Below the pieces are notes generated by a model, which worked only from the letters and a program-made list of their open reading frames with translations, was not told the DNA's origin and did not search any database. Made by a program: the position numbers and the translations under genes. From Savitreella phatthalungensis (lineage: Eukaryota): DNA of 64,000 nucleotides. Position 1 is the stretch's first letter. Each line of letters starts with the position of its first letter. Positions 1 to 10,680 of this stretch are shown here, piece by piece. Where the stretch lies: positions 124,001-188,000 of the forward strand of contig AP039710.1 of the NCBI GenBank assembly GCA_051599415.1, given 5' to 3'.

Positions 1-3000
1 AGGTTGAGCACTCGGAGTTCTTGCAGGAGGGAGACACTCTCGAAGCAGGCGTCGTCCAGACGGTTGTCACCGAGGTAGAGATATCTGAGAGTCTGTGCCA
101 TGGTGTTTGACGAACGTGACGAGATCGAAGGGACGGATCCCTTACGTGCTGCGGCTGCGGCGTTGGTGGTGGCGCTGGCGACGAGGTTGCTGGTAGCCAT
201 CATGTCAGGATCGATTGGAAGCTCTGTGGTCGGTGTGCCTGGACTCGACTGTTGGGGACCTTGACCTTGTCCTGAGAATGACTGACTGTGTTGCTGGACA
301 GGAGGCTCTGGGAAGGCGGTGAGGAGGTTGGATGAGGCGTTGAGTGAGACGAGTCCGTGAATGAGCCAGACCGAGGGTGGAAGCGACTTGATGTTGTTGG
401 AATGGACGTCAAGGAATCGAAGGTTGCCAACTTGGCCAATCTCGTCAGGCAGGGTCGTGAGCTGGTTGTTCTTGCAGGAGAGGTGCTGAAGCTTTGTGAG
501 CTTGGCGATCTGAGGTGGTAGGTAGGTCAGATGGTTGTCGTCGAGGACGAGCTTGACAAGGTTTTTCAGCTGATCAAACATCTCGTCTGCGAACGATGGG
601 AGCTTGGCCATCGAGAGGTCGAGCGACGTCAGTGCTTCTCCTGTCGTGAGCAGGGAGAACTTTGTGACTGGACACTTGTCGAGCATGAATAGCTTGGCCT
701 TCGGGAAGGCTGCTTCGACGACGGTGATAGCGTTGTGACCTGCACTGATGCTTTCTAGGAGTGGCAACTCGGTGAGGATGTCGAGCGTTGTGAGCTGATT
801 GAAACGTACATCGATCTCTCTTAGCGATTGGAGTTCTCTGAAGGCTCTTGGGAGTGAGCCGATGACCCTGTTGTTGTTGATCAGGAGACGCTGAAGCTTG
901 GTGAGTCGACCGATGTCGTTCGGGATGGCTGTGATGCGGTTGAAGGAGACGTCGAGGTCTTCGAGGTTGATGAGCTCGCACAGTTCCTTGGGGAAGACCT
1001 TGAAGTCGTTGGAGGACATGTTGATGCGGCGAAGGGAGGTCATGGCTGCAAGGGAGGCAGGTAGCTTCGATAGCCTGTTGTTACGAATGATGAGGGTGAC
1101 GAGGTTTGCGAGGTCGCTCATGGAGTCATGGAGCTCTACCATCTTGTTGAATGAGCAGTCGAGGAAGACGAGTGACTTGGCTGCGACGATGTTTGTCTGG
1201 ACCTTTGAGAGTTCATTGTGTGTTGAGACGATAGACTCTAGGGCTGGACAGCTCTGGATGAAGTCGATGGGGATGTCGAGTGAGAGGTTGCGAGAGAGGT
1301 CTAGCGACTTGATCTTGCCAGCGTGCTTGTACAGGACGACTGGGATGGTCTGGAGATTTCGTCCACTGAGATCGAAGTGCTCGACCACGGTGTTCTCGCC
1401 ACCGTTCTCACGCTCGACGTCTGCGTCAGAGTAGTCGCCGATCGAGATGGTGCTGAAGATGAATCGACACAGGTACGAGTTGTCCTCTCGTCCGAGCTCT
1501 TCTAGCTTGTCTTCCTGCTTGTACCCAGCTTGCTCGAGTAGGGCCTTTTGTATGTGGAAGGGCCGCTCGTGTGACTGGAGGACTCGGCTGAGTCCGTTAC
1601 GCTGTATGGCGATCTGGTAGTTTGCTACTGATGGCAGGAAGAACTTGCGTGCAAGGACGGCCATGAGTCCTTCGGTGGTGATGTTCATGCCGCAGGCGAC
1701 TGTGGCGAATGTCCAGTCTCCTCGGTAGATGCGCATCTGGTGGATAGGTCCACGACGTGCGGCAAGCGCTGCTGCGTCCATCGGCACCTCCGACTTTGTC
1801 GACTCTCTGCGTTGCTGCGAGGTCGTTGCTGGCATGATTGCGTTCGATAGGTTGGGCGGGAACGAGGATTCCTGGTGAACCCCTTCCTGGTGTGCGCCTG
1901 CTACTTCCTCGAGCGGGTCTGTCTCTGCGAGGATGGCGTCGGCTGTTCGGGATGGGTCTTCGACCTTTCGAACTGCCCATGACTCAGGCGGCGCCCAGGC
2001 GGCTTGCTGGAGCTGCTGCTGGTCGGTGAGCGATGTATCTGCTTGACCGTCAGCTGCGTTGCCGAAGCTGAAGTCTGACGTCGGCAGAGAGTCTCTCTCG
2101 CCACCACTACCGGAGGCTGAGGCCGGATCGAACGTGCCGGCGGACATGGGACCACCGAGACCTGCTGCGGTGTCGGAGAGGTCGATGATGCCTTGCATCT
2201 GGGAGAAGTCCATGTCGAGGACGAGCTCCTGGGAGACGCGGTTCTGTGCGTCTGGTTGATCTGCTGTATAACCGCCTGTTGAGGAGATGCCCGTGACGGA
2301 GGAGTTGTGACGAGTACTGCTCGGTCCGAGACTGTATGCACCTTGGGCAACTGATGTACCTGGAGACACTGTCGTGCTTCGCTTGCCCCTGAGTAAAGGG
2401 ATAGAGCCTCTGACTGTGCCTTGCCTTCGGATCTGTCCGGGCAGCCTCAGGAAGGAGGCGCTGGATGACTTGTGTAGCTGCTGCTGCTGCTGCTGCTGGA
2501 TCGTGTTGCGGGTGGTTGGACCTAGTGGGATACCTGGGACGCCCATGGTCTGACCTGGGAACTGAGCCTGATTGCCTTGCGAGAGGACGTCGTCGCCACT
2601 GTTATTCCTGTTGCTGGTAGAAGTAGAGGCGTTGATGTTGGCGTTCGGGTCAGGGTCGAATGGGGATGTGAAGTTCATGGCTGGGACTGGGATGTCGTCC
2701 GAGGACATGGGCGGGTTCGTGCTGCTGGGGGTGGCTGAGGCCGGGGAGACGACTTTTTTGTTAGGTGAGTCGGTACCATCGTTCGAGTGCTTGTTACGCT
2801 TGATGAGGGACGAGAAGAAGCCTCTGGACTTGGCTGGTGTCGCCGTGGCTGTCGCTGGGGGATGAACAGGTGGACTTGGCATGGCTACATTGGCGTCCCG
2901 ACGCTCGTGGGAGATGGTCCTTGCAAACGCCTGCGACTGAGGGAATACCTCTGCCTGTACGCCAGGAGGTACAGGGTTGTGCGGTTGTCTCGTGTACATG

Positions 3001-4034
3001 GCGTCGAACGGGTTCACTAGCTCGAGTGAGGGCGACGGTTGGACTGCGGATGCTGCGCTGTCGTAGTTCTTCAGGTCAGCGTACCCGCTGAAGAGGAAGG
3101 GTGCGAGTTCGGACGTCGGCGCAGGCGTTTGATCTGGGACTTGACCTGCGAGCGGGGGTGCAGAGGGATAGGGATGAGGTTGCTGGCCAGGACGGCTAGA
3201 GCCCTGGGCCGAGTCTGGCTTTGGAGCTGGTGTGGCTTCGCCTGACTTTGAGGATCTGTTGAAGATGGAGTGGTGTGGGAAGTGTAACCCTCCAAAAGAC
3301 GAGTTGCCTTGCGCTTGTGCCTGCCCTTGTCCTTGCTCCTGCACTCGGCCGAGGACTTGAGGTGAGGAGGATAGGTCTGCCTGTGGGATTCCGCCGATGT
3401 ACGTGTAGTTGGTGGTCCGCGGCTGTTGCTGTTGCTGTTGAGGTTGCTGTTGTCCGTGGTAAACGTACGTGGACGAGGTGGGTGGGGCGATGACAGGCGC
3501 TTGAGGGAGTAGCTTTGAGCTACCTGCTGCCGCTGGAACTCTGCTACCGTTGACTTCCCTGCCACCGATGCGCTTGCCTGCGCTCGATCCTGAGCCTGAT
3601 CCTGAACCTGATCCTGGTCCTGAGCCTGGTCCTGAGCCGGAGCCTGCTGCTGTACTGCCTCCAGCTGGGGCAGATGAGAAGGTCGAGGTGGATGTGCCTG
3701 CGCCTTGGCCGATGCCTCGGTTGAAGGCGCTGAATGGATCTGACATCTGAGTGCCTAATGGACTTGTCGGATTGCTCCCGTCAGAAGGGGCTCTGGTCGG
3801 GTAGTACATTCCGCCAGTGGGTGTCGCTGGACTGTCGGGATTGACTGGACCTGCTGCGATTCCGCCTGTAGATGGTGGAATTTGACGGATGTTGTTGAGC
3901 ATTATGCCGGACGGTGTTGTTCCACTAAGGTCTAGCTGTCCAGGAGGACCGCGTGAAGGTGTAGGACGATGCTCTTCATGTAGACCTGCTGGTAGGACAC
4001 CTTTTGCGCCTGCAGCTGTCGTCGAAGGAGACAT
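1..4034 (-). CDS. CYR1: Adenylate cyclase, 5' part (low-complexity N-terminus, G-alpha-binding motif, Ras-association domain, leucine-rich repeats); truncated at window edge
   Basis: Not in the ORF track because it runs off the edge. Manual translation from ATG at 4034 (MSPSTTAAGAKG...) appears open to position 1. It contains WAPPESWAV, an RA-like segment (QMRIYRGDWTFATVACGMNITTEGLMAVLARKFFL...GREDNSYLCRFIF) and many LRRs (e.g. LEDLDVSFNRITAIPNDIGRLTKL, LVKLVLDDNHLTYLPPQI). PP2C and cyclase domains would lie beyond the left edge. Confidence 0.92.
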   Translation of the reverse strand, partial: MSPSTTAAGAKGVLPAGLHEEHRPTPSRGPPGQLDLSGTTPSGIMLNNIRQIPPSTGGIAAGPVNPDSPATPTGGMYYPTRAPSDGSNPTSPLGTQMSDPFSAFNRGIGQGAGTSTSTFSSAPAGGSTAAGSGSGPGSGPGSGSGSGSGSSAGKRIGGREVNGSRVPAAAGSSKLLPQAPVIAPPTSSTYVYHGQQQPQQQQQQPRTTNYTYIGGIPQADLSSSPQVLGRVQEQGQGQAQAQGNSSFGGLHFPHHSIFNRSSKSGEATPAPKPDSAQGSSRPGQQPHPYPSAPPLAGQVPDQTPAPTSELAPFLFSGYADLKNYDSAASAVQPSPSLELVNPFDAMYTRQPHNPVPPGVQAEVFPQSQAFARTISHERRDANVAMPSPPVHPPATATATPAKSRGFFSSLIKRNKHSNDGTDSPNKKVVSPASATPSSTNPPMSSDDIPVPAMNFTSPFDPDPNANINASTSTSNRNNSGDDVLSQGNQAQFPGQTMGVPGIPLGPTTRNTIQQQQQQQLHKSSSASFLRLPGQIRRQGTVRGSIPLLRGKRSTTVSPGTSVAQGAYSLGPSSTRHNSSVTGISSTGGYTADQPDAQNRVSQELVLDMDFSQMQGIIDLSDTAAGLGGPMSAGTFDPASASGSGGERDSLPTSDFSFGNAADGQADTSLTDQQQLQQAAWAPPESWAVRKVEDPSRTADAILAETDPLEEVAGAHQEGVHQESSFPPNLSNAIMPATTSQQRRESTKSEVPMDAAALAARRGPIHQMRIYRGDWTFATVACGMNITTEGLMAVLARKFFLPSVANYQIAIQRNGLSRVLQSHERPFHIQKALLEQAGYKQEDKLEELGREDNSYLCRFIFSTISIGDYSDADVERENGGENTVVEHFDLSGRNLQTIPVVLYKHAGKIKSLDLSRNLSLDIPIDFIQSCPALESIVSTHNELSKVQTNIVAAKSLVFLDCSFNKMVELHDSMSDLANLVTLIIRNNRLSKLPASLAAMTSLRRINMSSNDFKVFPKELCELINLEDLDVSFNRITAIPNDIGRLTKLQRLLINNNRVIGSLPRAFRELQSLREIDVRFNQLTTLDILTELPLLESISAGHNAITVVEAAFPKAKLFMLDKCPVTKFSLLTTGEALTSLDLSMAKLPSFADEMFDQLKNLVKLVLDDNHLTYLPPQIAKLTKLQHLSCKNNQLTTLPDEIGQVGNLRFLDVHSNNIKSLPPSVWLIHGLVSLNASSNLLTAFPEPPVQQHSQSFSGQGQGPQQSSPGTPTTELPIDPDMMATSNLVASATTNAAAAARKGSVPSISSRSSNTMAQTLRYLYLGDNRLDDACFESVSLLQELRVLN

Positions 4035-4697
4035 CTGTGGATTTCTGTGTAGAGGGATGTGTATGTGCGTGTGCTGTTCAACGAGGGAGGTACAGATGAC
4101 GTTGTTACAGCCAGTTTATCATGTTTCTCCTGTTGGTGCGAGGTTGTTGTCTTGAGGGTTGTGCGAGTCTGGGGCAAGAGCGCGTGTCCTTGACAGTTTT
4201 GACAGTTATGACAGGTTTGACAGGTGAACGGCAGGCGCGCGTGTGTGCAAGGAGGCGCGTGGAGGTGGCGTGTTGTACAAGGAGCTGAAGAAGACAGGAA
4301 GAGAGGTGTACAGAGGGTAGTGTACGTGTAGGTCTCCCTGTGAGTCTCTGTGTGAGTCTCTGTGTGAGTCTCTAGGTGTGAATTTCTCTGTGTGTTTGGT
4401 TAGGCTGTAAAGAAGGTGCAAAGTACTTGGGGTGACGCGCGCGCTCTTCCACACAAGACGAAGATACGATTGCGCAAGTCTGAAGAGCCTTTGATCGACG
4501 TGTGTACGTGTGAGGATGTGTTGTAGGTGTGTGAGTGTGAGAGGCAGTCTCCAAATTAACGTTCATTCGTTTGTTGGTTAGATCGATTACACATGTGGAG
4601 AGAGAGAGACAGAGAGAGTGACAGAGAGAGCACAGAAGATGAACACAAAGGATCGATCGTAGAGTCTTTCAACGGGGTACTAGGCTGTGATTATAGA

Positions 4698-5444
4698 ATG
4701 ACCATGTCGTCGACGGAGCCTGACGTTGCTTCTACTCCTGCTGCTGCTACTGCTGGAGCTCTTCCTGCTCCTGCCACTGCTGATGCGGCTGCTTCAGCTG
4801 AGCTACCAAAGATCGACGAGATGCCATCAGATGCTATGGATGATCTGATACGGAGACGGATAGCTATTGACGAGCGTGCGCTTCGTCGTGTTGTCCAGCG
4901 TGTTGGCGCGGGCGTTGATGATCTAGCGACCCCTGGACTGGAAGAGGATCTGTCGCTGTTGCGATCGTCAATCCGCCGACTGGGATTTGCGTCGAGGGCG
5001 ACGTTGGAGGACAGACAGATGTACATGGATGAGAGGGAGACGATGGCTGTGGAGACTGCGGAAGTACGAGCGTCTGTAGAGAAGCTGTATACTGAGCTGG
5101 AAGCGGCGATCAAGGATCGGGATGATCGTCGAGCATTCGATGCTGCTGCAAAGACAATCAGGGACTCTGGTCTTCCGTCAAGGGAGGATGGGATGAAGGC
5201 TTGTAGTGGGTTGCGTGAGGAGGTGGATAAGCTGAAGGCGGACAAGGAGAACTTGTTGGGTGATTGGCGTCGGCGGAAGACGTTGTTTGAGGAGATCGAG
5301 AAGGCAGTTGGAAGGTACGCAGCTGCGATCGAGACACGAGCGCCAGGAGAGGAGCGGTCTACCAACGGTGACGTGGAGATGGTTGATGCCAATACTACCA
5401 CGACGATATCAACACAACCGTCAACAGACACACCTACGACGTGA
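4698..5444 (+). CDS. THOC7: THO complex subunit 7 / Mft1-like coiled-coil protein
   Basis: ORF 4593..5444; likely start ATG 4698 or 4704. The motif DDLIRRRIAIDERALRRVVQR followed by a long coiled coil (...FDAAAKTI...WRRRK) resembles fungal Thoc7/Mft1. Confidence 0.7.
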   Translation: MTMSSTEPDVASTPAAATAGALPAPATADAAASAELPKIDEMPSDAMDDLIRRRIAIDERALRRVVQRVGAGVDDLATPGLEEDLSLLRSSIRRLGFASRATLEDRQMYMDERETMAVETAEVRASVEKLYTELEAAIKDRDDRRAFDAAAKTIRDSGLPSREDGMKACSGLREEVDKLKADKENLLGDWRRRKTLFEEIEKAVGRYAAAIETRAPGEERSTNGDVEMVDANTTTTISTQPSTDTPTT

Positions 5445-5972
5445 TGTTCCACCTTCTTTAAAACTATCCTGTACAACAACGACGACAAGAAGCATACACT
5501 TGAACATGTACATGAACATGAACATGAACTTGAACACAATTATGACCATGACTGACGGGTTCCTCTGAGTGTATGAGTGTTTGTGTGTGTGTAGAGAGAG
5601 AGACAGAGAAAGAAGTCCTTGGAGGACATCGGCTCCCAGTGAATTACGAAATAGTATGAAGAGAGTTTATGGTAGGTGTAGTGTAGTGTTGTGTAGTGTT
5701 GTGTAGAGTGGTTGACTCGGAAGTGTGATTGAGTGTGTTCATGATCGTGGAGACGAAGGCCGTTGATGCTTGGTTTGTGTGCGCTGATGATGATGATGAT
5801 GTTGGCAATGATGAAGAAGACGATTAAGAAGAAGATGTTGTTGTGAGAATGAGATTGACGCCGCGCTTTACTTTCCTTTCCTTTCCGATGGTCCTGCTTG
5901 TTGTTATGTTCCCTGCCTTGAAGTCCTCGCGAGAGAGAGTTTGTGTGCTCGAGAGAGCGCGCTCTGAAGAGA

Positions 5973-5976
5973 GTGT

Positions 5977-6008
<32 letters not shown>
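5973..6008. repeat. (GT)n microsatellite in the convergent 3' region between THOC7 and CDC25
   Basis: gtgtgtgtatgtgtgtgtgtgtgtgtgtgtgtgt seen directly. Confidence 0.9.
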
Positions 6009-6020
6009 TGGTGGTCGAGG

Positions 6021-8771
6021 CTAGTATGACGATAGCCTGCGTGGGTCGATCCTGCCTGACGGTGTTCTCGCATGGCCGTAGAACGGCGATGGATGGTGCT
6101 GCTGCTGCTGATGCTGCTGTTGGAAAGACTCCTGGCGATAGACTGGTGCTGCACCTTGTGACAGACTGCCGCTGCCACTGAAGAAATCGCCATCGAGTTG
6201 CTGCGCGATCGACATTGGCCCATGATGGTGATGGCTCAGCTGCTCTGCTGGTGCACTGAACGATGACCCGTGGAAGAGTGAGACACCTGCGAGTGGACCG
6301 TTCGCTGGAGCTGGTGAGCTGTTGGATAGGAGATCTCTGTCGTCGACAGTTGTGTCGCAGTCCATCATCGATGCGTCGCCGTCACCTTCGTCCTCGATGG
6401 CTGAGCCACCGTCGCGAGAACACTGCGATTGACCTTCTGCACGAAGAGCTTGCCGAATTGACGCGACAGCCTGCTTGCCCACATCAAGCTGGGTGACCAT
6501 GACCATGGAATTGTCCTCGTCCGCGTCAGTCTCGTCACCGGACATCACATCGTTCGATTCTATTCGCGCTAGCGGCATCGTCGTCGAAGACGTTGTTGCC
6601 TGCGGCATGGAGAAGGCGGCTTGTAAGGTAGATGAGTGGGCGATCGGAGGAGACTGCTTCCTGGGTACTTGCGGCCGCACGTCTTGCTTCGGTGGCGAGA
6701 GTCTGATGGTCTGTAGACTGTATCCACGCTGAAGCACACCTAGCTTCGGTCTTTGAAGTCCTGTGGGTGGGTTCGGCTGCTGGGACAGATGAAGTCTGAA
6801 GTTACTCTCCCGTTCCATCCTTTCACCGCCACCTACGATACCACCACCACCACCACCACCACCACCACCACCACCACCACCACCACCACCACTGCTGCTG
6901 CTGCTGGCTGAGGTGTCAGCCTGACCGAACGTGTAGCTCTGTGTTCTCGCGAGGTTGGCACATCTTGACTTTGTCCGGAAGTCGTGCATTTGCTTGGACG
7001 CAAGCGGCTTGTGACTCGGGTCGTTCATTGCCACGTACCCTGCTGCATCTCCGCCGACGAGGTGGCGGTAGTCCTTGAAGAACGCTGAATACCCGCCGTT
7101 CAGGATGTATACTTCCGGGTAGAAGAGCTTCGGGTATCTGTGAGCGTTCAGGGCGCGGTCGCGGTTGCGGAGGTGGAGTGCGACACGGGGTGCCCTGTGC
7201 GCGCTGTACTCGCAGTGAAACACGAGCAAAGTTCGACCGATCGAAGCCTGCCCGGCGTGCGTCAGCAGCTCGTGCTTGTCCATCGCATCAAGTGACGAGA
7301 TGTTGAGCGCATCTGGAATGTGTCCACCATTGTACTCGTGCGGGAATCGGCAGTCGATCACGACAAGCCGGTCGTAAGCATGCTTGTACGCACCTCCGAG
7401 GACGTCAGCGAATGTCGATCCAGAAATCCGTCGTAGCTGGTCCTGCTTCGACTGGAAGGATGGTAGGATCTGACACTCGTTCGCCTGGCTGTTGGCCTCT
7501 GGCGAGAGCGGTGATAGCATTGTATGGACTACTGTTCGTGGCGTCTGATGGATTTGCCGCTGTTGCTGGTGTTGCTGCTGGGCAATTTCAGGAGCGAGGA
7601 ACTCCTCATTGCTGCCAATCATGCTCTGCGTCCGCCTGAACATGGCAGGTGCACGGAACGTTGGCCTTGGGAGCGCGTTGCTCGATGGTGAGTCCAGTTG
7701 AGCGAGTGGTGACCGCTGTTCGTCCTCTCGCATCGCTTCTTCCAGCGACGGCACAGGTCTCCGCTTGACTGCAGGAAAGGCGAATCCATCGTTAGGTGAT
7801 TGCCCGCGAGTGAGACCATCCGTGCCTCTTGATCTCGGTCTGTCTTCACTCGGTGGCGGTGTATTTTCCTGACCAGAGAGGAAAGCGACCTTGTGGGAGG
7901 ATAGGACTGGTACGGCGAAGGAAGAGACTGCCTTGTTGCGGATGAGTCCAGGTCGGATGGCTGATGGTCTGTCTATCTTGCGCATCTGAGGTAGGGAAGG
8001 TGACGATTCTAGTGATCCCGTTAAGCCGAGTCCAAAGCCAAATCCTGAGCCTGGGCCTGAGCTTGAACTCACGCTCGATCCTGCGCCTGAGCCTGAGATG
8101 TGGTTAGGGAACGTGCCTGGTGGAGAGCTTGCAGACGTCCTGAGTATCCGGGCGTCAACCATCGAGGTAGCCCTGCCTAGCGTTCTCCTGGGCACAGGTA
8201 CGGGTGAGGTCTCCATGCCTTCGCCTGGAGAACTGAGGTCGTACGGCGTGGTGTTGCCGCTGCCGATACCGTTACCGTAGGGCGACTGCATGGAAGCTGA
8301 CGGTGCAGTTGGCCTAGAAGATGCTGATATCGTTGTAGCTGCAGAAGCAGTAGCTGCTGCGGCTGCTGCGTCTGCCGCCGTGAATGAGAATTGTGCCATG
8401 AGTGAGCGCCTCGGGGTCGGTGCAGCTGGTGACGCGCCGAGATGGAAGTTCTGAGAGAGGTCTGCAGCTAGAGAAGCTGTAGGAGATGCGGTTGAGCGTG
8501 ATGGCCTGCGATCAAAGTAGGATGCGTCGTGTGCTATGTCCTTGCGCCGAACATGTGCAGTTGAAGATGCTCTGGCGATACCGCCAAATGCGGAGGAAAG
8601 CGGTGGGCCGTCATTTGAGACGGCGATTGTGATAGAGGGGCAGGAGGACGTGGAAGAGGAAGGGTCAGAGGATGATGCAGAGACAGCGCTGTGAGGATGG
8701 TGGTGGTGGTGGTTGGCTGAATCTGTTCGACGCCCTCCTCTTGTCGGAGAGTCGAAGAACGGCAACGGCAT
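6021..8771 (-). CDS. CDC25: M-phase inducer phosphatase (Cdc25/Mih1)
   Basis: 916 aa ORF with rhodanese-type catalytic domain: VIDCRFPHEYNGGHI, active-site HCEYSAHRAP, YPEVYILNGGY; long SP-rich regulatory N-terminus. Confidence 0.95.
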   Translation of the reverse strand: MPLPFFDSPTRGGRRTDSANHHHHHPHSAVSASSSDPSSSTSSCPSITIAVSNDGPPLSSAFGGIARASSTAHVRRKDIAHDASYFDRRPSRSTASPTASLAADLSQNFHLGASPAAPTPRRSLMAQFSFTAADAAAAAATASAATTISASSRPTAPSASMQSPYGNGIGSGNTTPYDLSSPGEGMETSPVPVPRRTLGRATSMVDARILRTSASSPPGTFPNHISGSGAGSSVSSSSGPGSGFGFGLGLTGSLESSPSLPQMRKIDRPSAIRPGLIRNKAVSSFAVPVLSSHKVAFLSGQENTPPPSEDRPRSRGTDGLTRGQSPNDGFAFPAVKRRPVPSLEEAMREDEQRSPLAQLDSPSSNALPRPTFRAPAMFRRTQSMIGSNEEFLAPEIAQQQHQQQRQIHQTPRTVVHTMLSPLSPEANSQANECQILPSFQSKQDQLRRISGSTFADVLGGAYKHAYDRLVVIDCRFPHEYNGGHIPDALNISSLDAMDKHELLTHAGQASIGRTLLVFHCEYSAHRAPRVALHLRNRDRALNAHRYPKLFYPEVYILNGGYSAFFKDYRHLVGGDAAGYVAMNDPSHKPLASKQMHDFRTKSRCANLARTQSYTFGQADTSASSSSSGGGGGGGGGGGGGGGGGIVGGGERMERESNFRLHLSQQPNPPTGLQRPKLGVLQRGYSLQTIRLSPPKQDVRPQVPRKQSPPIAHSSTLQAAFSMPQATTSSTTMPLARIESNDVMSGDETDADEDNSMVMVTQLDVGKQAVASIRQALRAEGQSQCSRDGGSAIEDEGDGDASMMDCDTTVDDRDLLSNSSPAPANGPLAGVSLFHGSSFSAPAEQLSHHHHGPMSIAQQLDGDFFSGSGSLSQGAAPVYRQESFQQQHQQQQHHPSPFYGHARTPSGRIDPRRLSSY
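6841..6892 (-). repeat. (GGT)n coding microsatellite encoding a ~17-residue poly-Gly tract in Cdc25
   Basis: Pure CCA run on the + strand; GGGGGGGGGGGGGGGGG in the translation. Confidence 0.95.
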
Positions 8772-9267
8772 CCCTTGCAGAGATCAGAAAGAGCGAGAGT
8801 GAGAAGAGAGAGAGAGACAGAGGGGGAGATAGAGAGTGAGAGTGGCTTGAAGCTAGCTCTAGCGTTGTAATAGCATCTCGAAAGCGTCTGATACTGTCTT
8901 GATGATGCGAGTGCGAGTGCGAGTACGAATACGAGTGCGAGTTGGAGGGGTGTGTATGAGTATATGGATGCGGTGCAGTAGGGAGATAGGGAAGATCGTC
9001 CTGTCTACAAGCCTGTTAGAAACCCACGACAGACTAGCTTATGGTGTTGAATGTCCTGTCAAAAGGCGATGCGCGCGCCTTGTATGATAGAGAGACGGCT
9101 AGATCGAGCGTGAGGACTCTGGGCGCGATCTTTAGAGCTTAAGAGTGCTTGTTTGAGGGGGTGTTTGAGGACTGTATTGTCGAGCGCAGATGATGTCCTT
9201 TGACTCTAGAGCTTGATAGAGAAGAAGACTGTGTAGATGAAGAAGGTTTGAGGACGTTGTTGGTGAG

Positions 9268-9269
<2 letters not shown>

Positions 9270-9320
<51 letters not shown>

Positions 9321-9352
9321 GAGAGAGGTGTGTGGGTGTGTGTGTGTGTGTG
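9270..9352. repeat. Compound (GA)n/(GT)n microsatellite upstream of CDC25
   Basis: Long GA run (~9270-9317) followed by a GT run (~9328-9352). Confidence 0.92.
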
Positions 9353-10634
9353 CGAGGGTGTCTGTGCGAGTGTTGCTGTTGCCGTTGCTATCCTGGGTCA
9401 GAATTAATGAATTTATTAAAACTTGGGTAAATTTTATTAGTTTTTGGAAGGATGAATTAATGAATGCACGTACCAGGCTCCTTTCTACAACCACACACAC
9501 CTCTTCCTTCTTCATCTTCTTCTACTTCTCCCCTTCTACCTCTGTCTCTACCCTCATCTACACCTTTCTCATCTACAGAAGACGCTTCTCTCTTGTGTGT
9601 ACCAGGTAGCGTGTCTGTTGAGGCTGTTTATGGGGTGCAAGAGAGCCTTTGCTGGAGGTTCTAAGCTAGGCTCTATGCTAGGCTCTATGCTAGGCTTCGA
9701 GCTGGGCATTCCATATCTTCCGGCTACTCATCTTTCCTGCGCTCATCTCACTCCTAAAGTTATCTGTCGCGGGGAAGGATCTTCCTGCTTCTCATGTCCA
9801 ACGTCAGACATCCGCTCCCTTGTATTACCTTCTCGCGGGCACATAGGTGGCACTAGGGCTATGGCACATTGCCTCTTACCTTGATTGGTTCGAGAAAGAG
9901 TGAGGGAGAGTGAGCAAGAGAGATGAAGCGTCCACTCAGAGACATGCCTCACAGAGAGTGTGAGAGAGTGAGACAGAGCAAGAATGATAGACTCTCAGAG
10001 AGAGAGATACGCTCAAGTCAAGTCACGAACAAGAACGGGGAAAAAGCTTAAAGATCTTGTCATAGAGATAGGCATCGCTCATGGGAGTTCAGATTGGACA
10101 GGCCAGGATGGAGAGCATGATCCAACGGACGCGTCTGACGCGGGTGAAGGGCAAGCACTCCGGACAAATGGAAGGAAGCAAGTAAGCCAGAACGAAGCAA
10201 GTAAGTCAGAAAGAAGCAAGTAAGCCAGGAAGAAGCATGCGTTACAGGCAGACTTTCCGTCACGAGCACATATATCGTTGTGCCATGAGAATGCATATCG
10301 GGAGATTCATGGCTTTCAACGAGGCACATTCCTCGAGATTGAGAACGAGCATATGAGCGAGGACCACCGCAGCTCTCTGTCAGTCTGTCTGTTGGTGGAC
10401 TAGGGACGCTTTGGATGATGACAGGCAAGCTTGACGAGGTGGGTGACCCAAAAGGGTAGATCCGACTGCGCGGGAAGTCAAGACAAGTTAGGCAAGGAAG
10501 AGAAATTGAAGCTCGGCGGCTTAAGGTGTTATGGAAGCGAGTCTTCGAGACTTCCAAGCGAACGAGCTCGCGGTTGGTTCTATCCTTTTAACTTCACTCC
10601 CAAATGGGATGACAGCACACGAGGGATCGATGCG

Positions 10635-10680
10635 GACACAGACACAGACATAGATACCGACACAGACACAGACACAGATA
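10635..10680. repeat. Hexamer (GACACA/GATACA) tandem repeat
   Basis: gacacagacacagacatagataccgacacagacacagacacagata seen directly. Confidence 0.85.

Noticed and set aside
4691..5539. 282-aa minus-strand ORF
   Set aside because: Antisense shadow of THOC7; Ser/Arg-rich with a non-ATG start, expected from GC-rich codon bias.
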